The position numbers and the translations under genes were made by a program. A DNA stretch of 64,000 nucleotides, from contig OZ024743.1 of the NCBI GenBank assembly GCA_964016885.1, positions 6,076,001 to 6,140,000 of the forward strand. The letters are read 5' to 3'. The DNA comes from Eledone cirrhosa. Taxonomy: Eukaryota. Below the pieces are notes generated by a model. The model saw only the letters and a program-made list of their open reading frames with translations. It ran no database searches and had not been told where the DNA came from. Below are positions 21,808 to 35,316 of the stretch, one piece after another; the first letter of the stretch is position 1; the number at the start of each line of letters is the position of its first letter.

Positions 21808-24429
21808 TCATCATCATCATCATCAACGTTTAACGTCCGTGTTCCACGCTTGCATGGGTTTGGACGGGGGTAGTCCCACTTGAGGCAAGAGTGATTGTCT
21901 TGCTCGCATAGGACTGTCTGGCAGGTTTTCTACAGTTGGATGCCCTTCCTAACACCAACCACATTTACAGTGTGGGTCTGGGAGGTTTTTACCGTGTTGC
22001 CTACACGGCCACATTACAGCGTGGACTGTGTGTTTTTTTGTCGTGACACCTACACGATCTCATTTGTTTCGGCCTGGATGGCGCGGCACCAACATAACTT
22101 TACATAGAACGGGGTGGTGTGGATGGGGTGGGGGTGGTGGCGGGACGGGGTGTATTTTGTTAGAGATGCCTACTGGCAAGGCGGGTCTTCTCTGTTACTG
22201 AGTACCGCCAAAGGTCTCGGTCCAGTGACATTGTCTTGGAGAGGTGTAAGTGTGTGAGGTCGGAGTTTATCAGCTCACCCCATGTTTTTCTAGGTCTGCC
22301 TATTCCGTGGCTACCGTCTATCTTTATTGCCCTGCACTTTGTTATACAGCTATCGACTTTCATGCGCATCACGTGTCCATACCAACGCAGCCTTCTCTCG
22401 AGTAAACAACATCTGATCCCTCTTATCTCTAATTTTTTCCTTAGTTCGTTTATGCTTTGCCGTTCACGTATATTACTGTTACACATCCAGCGGAGCATGC
22501 AAGCTTCGTTCCTCTCTAGTCTGCGTATATCCTCTGCACACAATGCCCAGGTCTCACTACAATGCAACATTGCTGTTCGTATGCAGGCATCGTACAACCT
22601 GCCTTTCATTTTTAGGGAGAACCCTTTAGCAGCTAATAGTGGTATAAGCTCTCTGAACTTTTTCCAACCAGTTCTGACTCTAGCTACAGTACTTTCAGAG
22701 CACCCTCCCCCACTGCTGATTTTATCGCCCAGGTAACGGAAGCTGTCCACTATTTCTATAGAACCCTCTGCGCAATTGAAAGAGCTAGTATTTTGTGGGC
22801 ACTTGCTGCTACTTATTGCACCAGAACACCGGCCACATGTAAAATCTATGTTCTTAGTTAGCTTACCTGTGATCCCACTACATCTTTTATGCACCCATAC
22901 TTTGCATTTAGGACATAAAATGGAGTTTCTACCTACGCCTTTCCTACACACCGAGCACGACCATTTCCCAGAAGGGACCGCCGCCTTGTTTTCTTTCCTA
23001 CAAACTAGAACTTTGGTCTTAGCCAGGTTAATTTTAAGTCCTTTTGACTCTAGGCCGTGCTTCCATGTTTGGAATTTCTTCTCTAGCTCGGCCATTGATT
23101 CCGCTATGAGTGTCAGGTCGTCTGCGTATAGGAGTTCCCATGGGCAGCCTGTCTTGAACTCCTCTGTTATAGCCTGAAGGGCAATAATAAATAGTAAGGG
23201 GCTGAGAACAGAGCCCTGATGGACGCCAACTTTTACGCTAAACTCTTCACTATATTCGTTGTTAATTCTAACCTTGCTGACTGTTTCTTTATACATGGCT
23301 TGTATAGCCCTCACAAGCCATTCGTCAACGCCTAGTTTTCTAAGAGCCCACCAGATAATGGAGCGGGGGACTCTGTCGAAGGCTTTCTCCAGGTCGACAA
23401 AAGCTAAGTAGAGGGGTCTACCTTTAGCTAGGTACTTCTCCTGTAGTTGTCGTACTATGAAAAGGGCGTCTGTGGTGCTTTTGCCTGACACAAACCCGAA
23501 CTGCATTTCATCTAGGTCAATTCTCTCTCTGATTAGTTGCGCTATTACTTTTTCCGTGACCTTCATGACCTGGTCGATTAATTTAATGCCTCTATAGTTA
23601 CTCCTATCTAGGGCGTCTCCTTTACCCTTATAACAGTTAACGATGATGCTGCTATGCCAGTCCTTCGGAACAACCCCATTCTGTACGACTTGGTTAACTA
23701 TGCGGGTGACCATGGTGTGTCCCACCGTGCCAGATGCCTTCAGCATCTCAGCAACTATTTCCGAAGGCCCAGCCGCCTTACCCGTCGTCATATCCTTGAT
23801 TGCCTTACTTATTATACTCCCCTCGACTAACACTGCTGGTCCCTCTATCGGGTCGATATGGGGAGACTGTCTTTCTCCCATTTATTCTCCTCATTTAGTA
23901 GCCTTTCATAGTGACACTTCCAAGCTACCTTCTTATCAGTGTCGGTGATGGCAAGTATGCCATCATCGTTAAGTACACACTTCTCCCCGACAATATCACG
24001 GTTTTCCTTGAGGCATTGCCTGGCAATCCTGAACACCTCACGTTTTTGGTCATCGCGTTGTAGAACATGCTTGAACTTTCTTTCCTCAGCTTCCCTTCTT
24101 GCTAAGTATACTTCTCTCCTAGCTTCCCTCCTGGCCACTTGATAGTCTACTCTACTTCCCCCATCCCGCCATACTTTCCAAGCCTGCTTTTTGGCCTTAA
24201 TTGACCCCTCCACCCTACTGTTCCACCACCAAGTTACTCTCCTCCTGCCTACAGGCCTGCTCCAGCCACAGACTTCGTCTGTCGCCAACAGCAGGTTTGC
24301 TTTCAGAAATTCCCACTGTCCCTCTATATTGTCCGATTCTAGATGCTCTTCCTTACTGTCGAAAGCATCAAGTAATATGCTTTGAAATTTATTTCTGGCT
24401 GTGGGGTCCTTTAGTTTCCATATTTTCAT
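21803..24429 (-). mobile_element. RTE LINE, 5'-truncated, one frameshift near 23870; RT with embedded PHD finger
   Basis: ORFs 23845..24429 and 22160..23881: NYRGIKL, QFGF, FVDLEKAFD, GVHQGSVLSP, LYADD, FRYLG. Flanked by (TA)n. Near-identical to 41454-44609. Confidence 0.93.
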
Positions 24430-25729
24430 ATATATATATACATATAAGAAGGAATTAAAAGATGGTTAAAAAAGTTCCATATATTTTATTATCCGCATTT
24501 CAAAAACAAATATCATCCTGGGATTTCTACAGTTGGATGCCCTTCCTAACACCAACCACTTTACAGTGTGGACTGGGTGCTTTTTTATCGTGACACCTCT
24601 ACGACCACTTTGCAGAGGCATAACTAGTGTATGGCAAGCATGACCCATGCCATGGGTGCCACATGAAGGGGGTGCCACTTGGACTAAGAGCATGCTCTAT
24701 TAAAGTCAAATAAGTCTCATCAGGGAGTGAAAAAAGAAACTCCTTCAGCTGTATGATCTGTCTCTGATTACCAGGGGTGAGAACACTGGTGGCTGGATCA
24801 TTAAACCATTTATATAAATTATTAGGCCCATAGTTAAAAATGCAGTGCTGGGCAGGGGTGCAATTTCACTACTTGCCATAGGTGCTATAAGGGGTGCAAT
24901 TTGAAAATGATGTTAATGAGCACAAACTTCAGGTTTTACCTTATTACTTTTCCACCAAGGCAACTTTGGTACATATTATTGTCAGAAACTCCTGTCTCAC
25001 CTCCTCCTACACACATTTTATTGTGCATTCAGCACCACCTATACACCAATTTGTTTACACTTTGCAGTTGATCATTGCTGTTTTCATGTTAAAGGGGCAC
25101 ATAACAATTACAGAGTGTACTGGGTGTATTTTATTGTGGTACCAGCACTACCACCTTACAGAGTGTACTGGGTGTATTTTATCATGGTACCAGCACTAAC
25201 ACATTACAGGGTGTATTTTATTGTGGCAACTGCAGTACCATCTGGATCCATTTTCTCATGGCACTACCACTTTTACAGAGTGTATTTATAGTACATTTTA
25301 TCAAGGTACCAATACTACTACATTACAGAGTGTACTGGGTACATTTTGTCACAGCGCCAGCACTAGAGAGGTTGTCAGGTCATTGACATGACTGAAGATT
25401 CTTCCCTATGCCACACAATGTTGAATGTCAACCACTTTACAGACTGCACTGGGTGCATCTTATAGTGGCATGAATCCATTTAATGAAAAACTGGTGAACT
25501 GTGTATTTCATTAAAAATATGGTCATAAATAAATTACTTATTCTGATTGCTGACTCATAAATGTTTATAAACTAATAATAGTGTCGAAGATGGATGTTAA
25601 ATGATGATGATGAATCTAATGGTTAAGACACTTTGTAAGCATGAGTTTCATTTTCACTATGTATTTACTTTCAGTGCTTATTTGTGATTACATTCATAAT
25701 TGGGATTTCAAAAATATATAAACAAGATA

Positions 25730-25911
25730 GTGGATTGACAGAATCGGTAGAGTGTCGGACAAAATTCTTTGTGGCTTATTGTTACTGCACTTTACATTCT
25801 GAGTTCAAATCCCCGAGGTTAGCTTTGCCTTTCATCCTTAAGGGGTCGATTTAATCGACTTTCCCCTCTCCCAAAATTGCTGGCATTGTGCCTAAAGTAG
25901 AAACAATTATT
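25730..25911 (+). mobile_element. tRNA-derived SINE family 1 (diverged)
   Basis: gagttcaaatcc..ctttgcctttcatcctt..aagtagaaacaattatt. Confidence 0.7.
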
Positions 25912-26008
25912 AGGATGGTATTTCATTTCAAGGGTGGTGCCCCAGCATGGCCTCACCCGGATGGCTGGAACAGGTAAAAGAGTAAAAGAGTAAACAAGTA
26001 AAATTTAC

Positions 26009-26092
26009 CAGTTTGTAATTCAGTCATATAATCGTTTTCTGGTTCAAAGTACTGTTCCAATTCTTTTATGTCTAAAGTATCCTCAGGAATAG
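26009..26092 (-). CDS. Host gene 2 exon (AIPEDTLDIKELEQYFEPENDYMTELQT)
   Basis: Acceptor cctgcttacag|, donor |gtaaat, 84 nt, phase 1-1. Confidence 0.7.
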
Positions 26093-26170
26093 CTGTAAGC
26101 AGGAATTTCAATAAACTTATTTAAAATTGTAACAAACAACAACTATGATCAAACCATTGTATTCCGTTAA

Positions 26171-29100
26171 CCCTTTAGCATTTACATTACTCTATATTTA
26201 CTATTGTATTTTCATGCTAAAGGCTTTACCTCACATAATATCTCACATAGCATTTACATTACTCTATATTTACTATTGTATTTTCATGCTAAAGGCTTTA
26301 CCTCACATAATATCTCACATAGCATTTACATTACTCTATATTTACTATTGTATTTTCATGCTAAAGGCTTTACCTCACATAATATCTCACATAGCATTTA
26401 CATTACTCTATATTTACTATTGTATTTTCATGCTAAAGGCTTTACCTCACATAATATCTCACATAGCATTTACATTACTCTATATTTACTATTGTATTTT
26501 CATGCTAAAGGCTTTACCTCACATAATATCTCACATAGCATTTACATTACTCTATATTTACTATTGTATTTTCATGCTAAAGACTTTACCTCACATAATA
26601 TCTCACATAGCATTTACATTACTCTATATTTACTATTGTATTTTCACAGTAAAGGCTTTACCTCACATAATATCTCACATAGCATTTACATTACTCTATA
26701 TTTACTATTGTATTTTCATGCTAAAGGCTTTACCTCACATAATATCTCACATAGCATTTACATTACTCTATATTTACTATTGTATTTTCATGCTAAAGGC
26801 TTTACCTCACATAATATCTCACATAGCATTTACATTACTCTATATTTACTATTGTATTTTCATGCTAAAGGCTTTACCTCACATAATATCTCACATAGCA
26901 TTTACATTACTCTATATTTACTATTGTATTTTCACAGTAAAGGCTTTACCTCACATAACATTTACATTACTCTATATTTACTATTGTATTTTCATGCTAA
27001 AGGCTTTACCTCACATAATATCTCACATAGCATTTACATTACTCTATATTTACTATTGTATTTTCACAGTAAAGGCTTTACCTCACATAACATTTACATT
27101 ACTCTATATTTACTATTGTATTTTCATGCTAAAGGCTTTACCTCACATAATATCTCACATAGCATTTACATTACTCTATATTTACTATTGTATTTTCACA
27201 GTAAAGGCTTTACCTCACATAACATTTACATTACTCTATATTTACTATTGTATTTTCACAGTAAAGGCTTTACCTCACATAGCATTTACATTACTCTATA
27301 TTTACTATTGTATTTTCACAGTAAAGGCTTTACCTCACATAACATTTACATTACTCTATATTTACTATTGTATTTTCATGCTAAAGGCTTTACCTCACAT
27401 AATATCTCACATAGCATTTACATTACTCTATATTTACTATTGTATTTTCACAGTAAAGGCTTTACCTCACATAACATTTACATTACTCTATATTTACTAT
27501 TGTATTTTCACAGTAAAGGCTTTACCTCACATAGCATTTACATTACTCTATATTTACTATTGTATTTTCATGCTAAAGGCTTTACCTCACATAATATCTC
27601 ACATAGCATTTACATTACTCTATATTTACTATTGTATTTTCACAGTAAAGGCTTTACCTCACATAACATTTACATTACTCTATATTTACTATTGTATTTT
27701 CATGCTAAAGGCTTTACCTCACATAATATCTCACATAGCATTTACATTACTCTATATTTACTATTGTATTTTCACAGTAAAGGCTTTACCTCACATAACA
27801 TTTACATTACTCTATATTTACTATTGTATTTTCATGCTAAAGGCTTTACCTCACATAATATCTCACATAGCATTTACATTACTCTATATTTACTATTGTA
27901 TTTTCACAGTAAAGGCTTTACCTCACATAACATTTACATTACTCTATATTTACTATTGTATTTTCATGCTAAAGGCTTTACCTCACATAATATCTCACAT
28001 AGCATTTACATTACTCTATATTTACTATTGTATTTTCACAGTAAAGGCTTTACCTCACATAACATTTACATTACTCTATATTTACTATTGTATTTTCACA
28101 GTAAAGGCTTTACCTCACATAGCATTTACATTACTCTATATTTACTATTGTATTTTCACAGTAAAGGCTTTACCTCACATAACATTTACATTACTCTATA
28201 TTTACTATTGTATTTTCACAGTAAAGGCTTTACCTCACATAGCATTTACATTACTCTATATTTACTATTGTATTTTCACAGTAAAGGCTTTACCTCACAT
28301 AACATTTACATTACTCTATATTTACTATTGTATTTTCATGCTAAAGGCTTTACCTCACATAATATCTCACATAGCATTTACATTACTCTATATTTACTAT
28401 TGTATTTTCACAGTAAAGGCTTTACCTCACATAACATTTACATTACTCTATATTTACTATTGTATTTTCACAGTAAAGGCTTTACCTCACATAGCATTTA
28501 CATTACTCTATATTTACTATTGTATTTTCATGCTAAAGGCTTTACCTCACATAATATCTCACATAGCATTTACATTACTCTATATTTACTATTGTATTTT
28601 TCAGTAAAGGCTTTACCTCACATAACATTTACATTACTCTATATTTACTATTGTATTTTCATGCTAAAGGCTTTACCTCACATAATATCTCACATAGCAT
28701 TTACATTACTCTATATTTACTATTGTATTTTCACAGTAAAGGCTTTACCTCACATAACATTTACATTACTCTATATTTACTATTGTATTTTCATGCTAAA
28801 GGCTTTACCTCACATAATATCTCACATAGCATTTACATTACTCTATATTTACTATTGTATTTTCACAGTAAAGGCTTTACCTCACATAACATTTACATTA
28901 CTCTATATTTACTATTGTATTTTCATGCTAAAGGCTTTACCTCACATAATATCTCACATAGCATTTACATTACTCTATATTTACTATTGTATTTTCACAG
29001 TAAAGGCTTTACCTCACATAACATTTACATTACTCTATATTTACTATTGTATTTTCACAGTAAAGGCTTTACCTCACATAGCATTTACATTACTCTATAT

Positions 29101-30742
29101 TTACTATTGTATTTTCACAGTAAAGGCTTTACCTCACATAACATTTACATTACTCTATATTTACTATTGTATTTTCATGCTAAAGGCTTTACCTCACATA
29201 ATATCTCACATAGCATTTACATTACTCTATATTTACTATTGTATTTTCACAGTAAAGGCTTTACCTCACATAACATTTACATTACTCTATATTTACTATT
29301 GTATTTTCACAGTAAAGGCTTTACCTCACATAGCATTTACATTACTCTATATTTACTATTGTATTTTCATGCTAAAGGCTTTACCTCACATAATATCTCA
29401 CATAGCATTTACATTACTCTATATTTACTATTGTATTTTCATGCTAAAGGCTTTACCTCACATAATATCTCACATAGCATTTACATTACTCTATATTTAC
29501 TATTGTATTTTCACAGTAAAGGCTTTACCTCACATAACATTTACATTACTCTATATTTACTATTGTATTTTCACAGTAAAGGCTTTACCTCACATAACAT
29601 TTACATTACTCTATATTTACTATTGTATTTTCATGCTAAAGGCTTTACCTCACATAATATCTCACATAGCATTTACATTACTCTATATTTACTATTGTAT
29701 TTTCACAGTAAAGGCTTTACCTCACATAACATTTACATTACTCTATATTTACTATTGTATTTTCACAGTAAAGGCTTTACCTCACATAACATTTACATTA
29801 CTCTATATTTACTATTGTATTTTCATGCTAAAGGCTTTACCTCACATAATATCTCACATAGCATTTACATTACTCTATATTTACTATTGTATTTTCACAT
29901 TTACTATTGTATTTTCACAGTAAAGGCTTTACCTCACATAACATTTACATTACTCTATATTTACTATTGTATTTTCATGCTAAAGGCTTTACCTCACATA
30001 ATATCTCACATAACATTTACATTACTCTATATTTACTATTGTATTTTCATGCTAAAGGCTTTACCTCACATAATATCTCACATAGCATTTACATTACTCT
30101 ATATTTACTATTGTATTTTCACAGTAAAGGCTTTACCTCACATAACATTTACATTACTCTATATTTACTATTGTATTTTCACAGTAAAGGCTTTACCTCA
30201 CATAACATTTACATTACTCTATATTTACTATTGTATTTTCATGCTAAAGGCTTTACCTCACATAATATCTCACATAGCATTTACATTACTCTATATTTAC
30301 TATTGTATTTTCACAGTAAAGGCTTTACCTCACATAACATTTACATTACTCTATATTTACTATTGTATTTTCATGCTAAAGGCTTTACCTCACATAATAT
30401 CTCACATAGCATTTACATTACTCTATATTTACTATTGTATTTTCACAGTAAAGGCTTTACCTCACATAACATTTACATTACTCTATATTTACTATTGTAT
30501 TTTTACAGTAAAGGCTTTACCTCACATAACATTTACATTACTCTATATTTACTATTGTATTTTCATGCTAAAGGCTTTATCTTACACAATTATTTCACAT
30601 AATATTGAATCTACGAGATTTTGAGATTATTTATTTTGAGAACAATACCTTAACATAAGTATGAGTGCCGGTTATGGCCGGTTTTGAAAACAAAGAGGTA
30701 AGAGAATTCTGGCCGGATATGGCCAGTTTAAATGTTAAAGGG
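26171..30742 (+). mobile_element. piggyBac-like (TTAA) MITE inflated by an internal satellite
   Basis: TTAA|CCCTTTAGCATTTA ... TAAATGTTAAAGGG|TTAA. Its non-repetitive 3' part matches the ~220-bp MITE copies. Confidence 0.88.
26177..30590. repeat. Minisatellite array of interspersed 60-bp and 72-bp units
   Basis: Unit catttacattactctatatttactattgtattttca[tgc/cag]taaaggctttacctcacata[atatctcacata][g/a]. The long ORFs here arise because unit lengths are multiples of 3. Confidence 0.97.
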
Positions 30743-31162
30743 TTAATGGAAAATAAAACAAAAGAGTACTAGATTGTTAGATAAGAGAAATTACAAGAAA
30801 TATTATTGTAATTAGTAGATAAATAAATATGCATGTTTCTTTTCATAGAAATTGGTCCTAGTATATCTCACAACTTAAAGCTCGCAGTTGAAAAATATAC
30901 AAAAAGCAAAAGTTATTGTACTTGATTTGGGTTTCAAAATAGGGATGTACATAATTCAACATATCTTATTTAGGTATCTTATAATATTAAATAGAAATCT
31001 TAGTGAGTTGAATAAAGAAATGATATGAGTAATGCTTGGCACTATCTTTGAGTAGTTGATTATGAAAGAGAAAGAAGCTTCTAATTTACATACAGCAAAA
31101 TGTCACTTACTTCCCCTTTTTATTGTGAGTTTAAGGCTTTGTGAAAATATTACTTCACTTAA

Positions 31163-31377
31163 CCCTTTAGCATTTACATTACTCTCTATATATATTATTA
31201 TAATTTCACTGTAAACGCTTTAACTCACATAATATCAAATCAATGAGATTTTGATGTTATCTATTTTGATAACAATCTATTTTGAGAACATCAGTATGAG
31301 TGGTCGGTTACGGGTGATTTGAACAGAAAGAGGTGAGAGGATTCTGGCCAGATACGGCTGGTTTAAATGCTAAAGTG
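31163..31377 (+). mobile_element. piggyBac-like TTAA MITE (unexpanded)
   Basis: ttaa|ccctttagcattta ... taaatgctaaagtg|ttaa. Confidence 0.85.
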
Positions 31378-31833
31378 TTAACTAGAGGGGGAAATAACTA
31401 GAATAAAGGATAAAGTATAAATACATCAAATAAACCGACTAAAGTGCTTACAGTTTATTTTCTATTACCACGTTGATAATCCAAGCAATTGCAGAAATTG
31501 TTAAACATTTTCTTTCCTCTAAATGCGAGTCTTTTCTTTTTAATTTTTAATTATTATTTTTTTTTTAATTTATGGCTACTTGATAAACAGCTTTGCATTA
31601 TGGAAAAGGTAATGCAATATCAATCTTTTACTCAGTCATAAGTATCTTCTACTGATGGGTATTATGCTCTTATTAAGAAAACTAAAACATTAACCATTAT
31701 CTAGAAATGTAGCTGTTCTCATGGTTTTCTTGCCTGGTGGTGATATTGTTATAAGTCTGTTGTAATTAAAGAAACTCTTGGTTGAAAAGATAAAAATAAA
31801 TTTTGTTTCATTTGTGTTGTAAGCTTTCCTTAC

Positions 31834-31969
31834 CCACATCTTCATTTTCCCAACTGTAGGGCATAAAGTCATATACTTTAAGGCCTTTTATAATCAAAGA
31901 CATCCTGCTTCTGCGTCTTGTTTCAAAGATTTTATGAGCTGAGTTCATGTTTTGTTTTAATAATTTTTT
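31834..31969 (-). CDS. Host gene 2 exon (KKLLKQNMNSAHKIFETRRRSRMSLIIKGLKVYDFMPYSWENEDV)
   Basis: Acceptor tttacttccag|, donor |gtaagg, 136 nt, phase 0-1. Confidence 0.78.
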
Positions 31970-33053
31970 CTGGAAGTAAAAATCATGAACTCAAGTAGCA
32001 TCATTGTTCTATCAGCATTGATTTTATAGTGATGAACAGCATATATTGGAAAGAGACAAGGTAATTACATGAGGTATAAATAATTTTAATTCTATTAACA
32101 AAATATAAGTATTTATAGTGGTACTACAAATGATTAAATGCCAGAGAGATTTATTCTTCCAAAATTGAATATCAGACTATATTATTACACATGAAAAAAG
32201 AAAAAGGAATATTATTGTAGTCTCTACATTGATGAGTAGTATAATAAAACCAGATGGAAATTCGTCTTCAGATTTCTAAACCAACAGACATTTTTACAAG
32301 ACATCAAGGGAAGATCTATGTGGGTCCTTGACATGTTAGAAATTGCAGCCATATGTTCCTTTTGGTTTAAAATGGAAATGGCACATTAGATAATGGGGTT
32401 CTAGATATACTCTGCCTAATAAGTAGTTGGAATAGACATCCATGCCAGTGTGGAAAAATTGACATTAAACAGAAATGATAATGATGATGATAATGACTAC
32501 ATCACCTTTTAATCATCGATCTACTTAATTAGTGTTAATGTAGAGCTAAGCTACAACAATAACAACAATAATAGATACATTTAATAATTCTAGCAGTGAT
32601 AAAAGTTTTTATTAGTGAAAAATGCCAACTTTTATTTATTAATTTCATGCAAAGCAACTGAATTGACAGATGATACTGGGATACTGAAAGCATCTGGGAT
32701 GGTGGGCCACACACTTGTCACACAGATAGTAAATCAGGTATTACAAGATTGAGTCATACCCAATGACTAGCATATCATCATCATCGTCACTGCTATAAGA
32801 GCAAAGCATTTCCACTGAACAGAGGAAATTATAGAGGTAACAAGCCTTTGCCTTTCCCTTGGACAACATCAGTGGCATGGAGAGGGGTGACTACTGGTCT
32901 TCCACAAACAACCTTGCCTGGACATGTGCCTCAGAAGAGAACTTTCTAGGTGCAAATCCCATGGTCATTCGTGGCCGAAGAGGGTCTTTACCTTATTTAC
33001 AAGTTTAATAAACATCAAAAATGTGAAACAAATAACATCAGAAATATGATTAC

Positions 33054-33118
33054 CTTCATTTGTTTGAGAGTGCCAGCTGCAACATAGCTGGCTATTTGCA
33101 CCTCTATTTCAGAGTGTT
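33054..33118 (-). CDS. Host gene 2 exon (EHSEIEVQIASYVAAGTLKQMK)
   Basis: Acceptor ttaactttcag|, donor |gtaatc, 65 nt, phase 1-0. Confidence 0.78.
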
Positions 33119-33264
33119 CTGAAAGTTAAATACAAAATTAGAAATAAATTGTTACTAATTGTCTATTAAAATGTACTGGTTCCAGACATCCAGCTGTGGC
33201 CATATAAGGATGTGTATTTTAGCCTTGCACTCAATATTTAAATAATGAGAAAGTTTACTACCAT

Positions 33265-34900
33265 TACCTTCATCTCTGTGCCTTGCTGTGATATAGGTCT
33301 TTCAGGGATTGGACACAGCAGAATATCTAAATCCTTTTTGAAAGTGTTGACATTCATTGTATGTATCTCTTTTATGCTTTCAGGAAGAGCTATGGGGTCA
33401 ATTTTTTTTTCTTTTTTGTCTAAGTCTTTTAAATTCTCACTAGTCCAATAGTGAGGTTACTAATATGAAGCAATCATAGCTGATGGCAATAATCTAGTTA
33501 ACTGAGAACCTATACCTTCCAGAGAACACATATGGCCACTTGTGCACTTATAATTCTGAATGCTCTTAGAATCCATTGTATATATTTTTGCTGTTTTCAT
33601 AATGTGTGCATGAATATGTGTGTTATTACTCCTTACAAATAACCCAAAACCATTATTTAATCGACTTTCTCTCCTCAAAAATTGTTGACTTTGTGCCTTA
33701 ATCAGAAACCATTGGTGGATTGGCAGTATCAGTAGAGGGTTGGACGCCATGCTTTGCAGCAAAGAGTTATGGCCCTTTATGGTTTGAGTTCAAATCCCGC
33801 CGAGGTTAACTTTGCCTTTCATCCTTACGGGGTCGATAGAATAAAGTACCAGTAATACACTGGGATAATTGCTGGCCTTGTGCCAAAAATAGAAACAATT
33901 ATTACTCCTTACAATTCCCAGGTCCCATACAATTTCTTACTATGGCATTGAAACTACTTTGGCCTAGTGTTTCCAGTTTGTATCAGTTTTGGAAGAATGA
34001 CAACAAAGTACTTGAAACTTTCTACATTGAATTTCGTGTTTTCTTCAGTTCATCTCTATTATAGCACTGAGGTTTTCCTGCAAGCTTTTAATATCTTTTG
34101 GGTTTTTTTTACTGCTTTTCAACACCTAGTATTATCAACATGACTTATGAGTGGCTGTGCCAACATCTGATAAGCAATATTGGTTTCAACAATGCCAAAA
34201 TAGTTTCCTGTGTTATCCCACTCTGGATATTTGAACCTTCAGAGAGGACATCATTGACTGCAAGAACTTATTTCTATCTTTTAGGACGTCATACAAACAC
34301 TCATCTACCTTGGTCGTGAAGTTTGTTGTATATTTTTCCATGATCAACTTTATTAAAAGTCTTTACATTGTCTGAGTATACCGTATATATATATTTTATT
34401 CAGTCGACGAATTTAATAATTTCTCTCTTAAGATTAATTCCATGATCTTGCCAATATAGGAAGTTAGAGATATAGGCCTGTCATATTTTTGTGCCATTAT
34501 TTTGTGTCTGCACAATTTCCTCCATTATGGATAGATCATATTAAGTCCTCTTTTAGGTTTGGGGGAGATTTTTCCACTTTCCAGTAGAAATGTAATTGAT
34601 GTTTGTTTGTTGTTTTTTTTTTTTGTATAATTTTGGAAGGAGAATTGTTGGGAAGCCATTCAAGCCTGCTATTGAGTTTATACTGAATTTGTTTATGGCA
34701 GCTATCTCTTAAACTTGAGATATAAAAAACCTGAATTTATAAAGATTCCTTCTTACTGGAAACTAATGCACATTTAATTTGCTCCAAGTATCAAAATTCT
34801 CCTCTCTTCACAGTATATAAATTCCTTAGGCTGATTATCACTAGTTTCCTCAGACTAGTGTTTTTCTTGTTATTAATAAAACATGATTGGTTGGTTAATT
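33265..34900 (-). pseudogene. Highly decayed LINE (CR1/L2-like) remnant interrupted by a SINE
   Basis: C-terminal ALPESIKEIHTMNVNTFKKDLDILL..IPERP, and RT-like FNKVDHG / SGITQETIL fragments. Confidence 0.55.
33714..33903 (+). mobile_element. tRNA-derived SINE family 1
   Basis: Near-identical to 14426-14617. Confidence 0.82.
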
Positions 34901-35122
34901 TTATTGGCAACATACTTAGGTTATATGGTAACATTCATATGTGTTGGTAAGGAATAACATTTCCATGAACTTCTGAAAAGTGGAAAAATCTCCCCCAAAC
35001 CTAAAAGAGGACTTAACATGATCTATCCATAAAACTCTTTACTAACATTATTTGTCTTAAAGATATTGTAGATAATTGCTTCATAATTTCATAGGTCATG
35101 GATTCATTATTTATTAAACTAA

Positions 35123-35316
35123 GGGTGGTGGATTGGCAGTATTGGTAGAGGGTCGGACACCATGCTTTACACCAAAGAGTTACGGCCCTTTATGATCTGA
35201 GTTCAAATCCCACCGAGGTTAACTTTGCCTTTCATCCTTACGGGGTCGATAAAATAAAGTACCAGTAATACACTGGAATAATTGCTGGCCTTGTGCCAAG
35301 GGTAGAAACAATTATT
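35123..35316 (+). mobile_element. tRNA-derived SINE family 1
   Basis: Near-identical to 33714-33903. Confidence 0.82.

Noticed and set aside
26145-30624. Very long ORFs (820, 1239, 657, 231 aa) and a superficially CRISPR-like array
   Set aside because: Unit lengths of 60 and 72 are multiples of 3 and lack stops by chance. There are no unique spacers or cas genes; it is a MITE-derived satellite.
30850-30926. Plus-strand exon-like segment (IGPSISHNLKLAVEKYTKSKSYCT*)
   Set aside because: Good acceptor but no partner coding exons found.
33268-33400. Exon-like minus-strand frame ending at gtaatg
   Set aside because: Phase is incompatible with the next exon and the peptide matches a LINE C-terminus.
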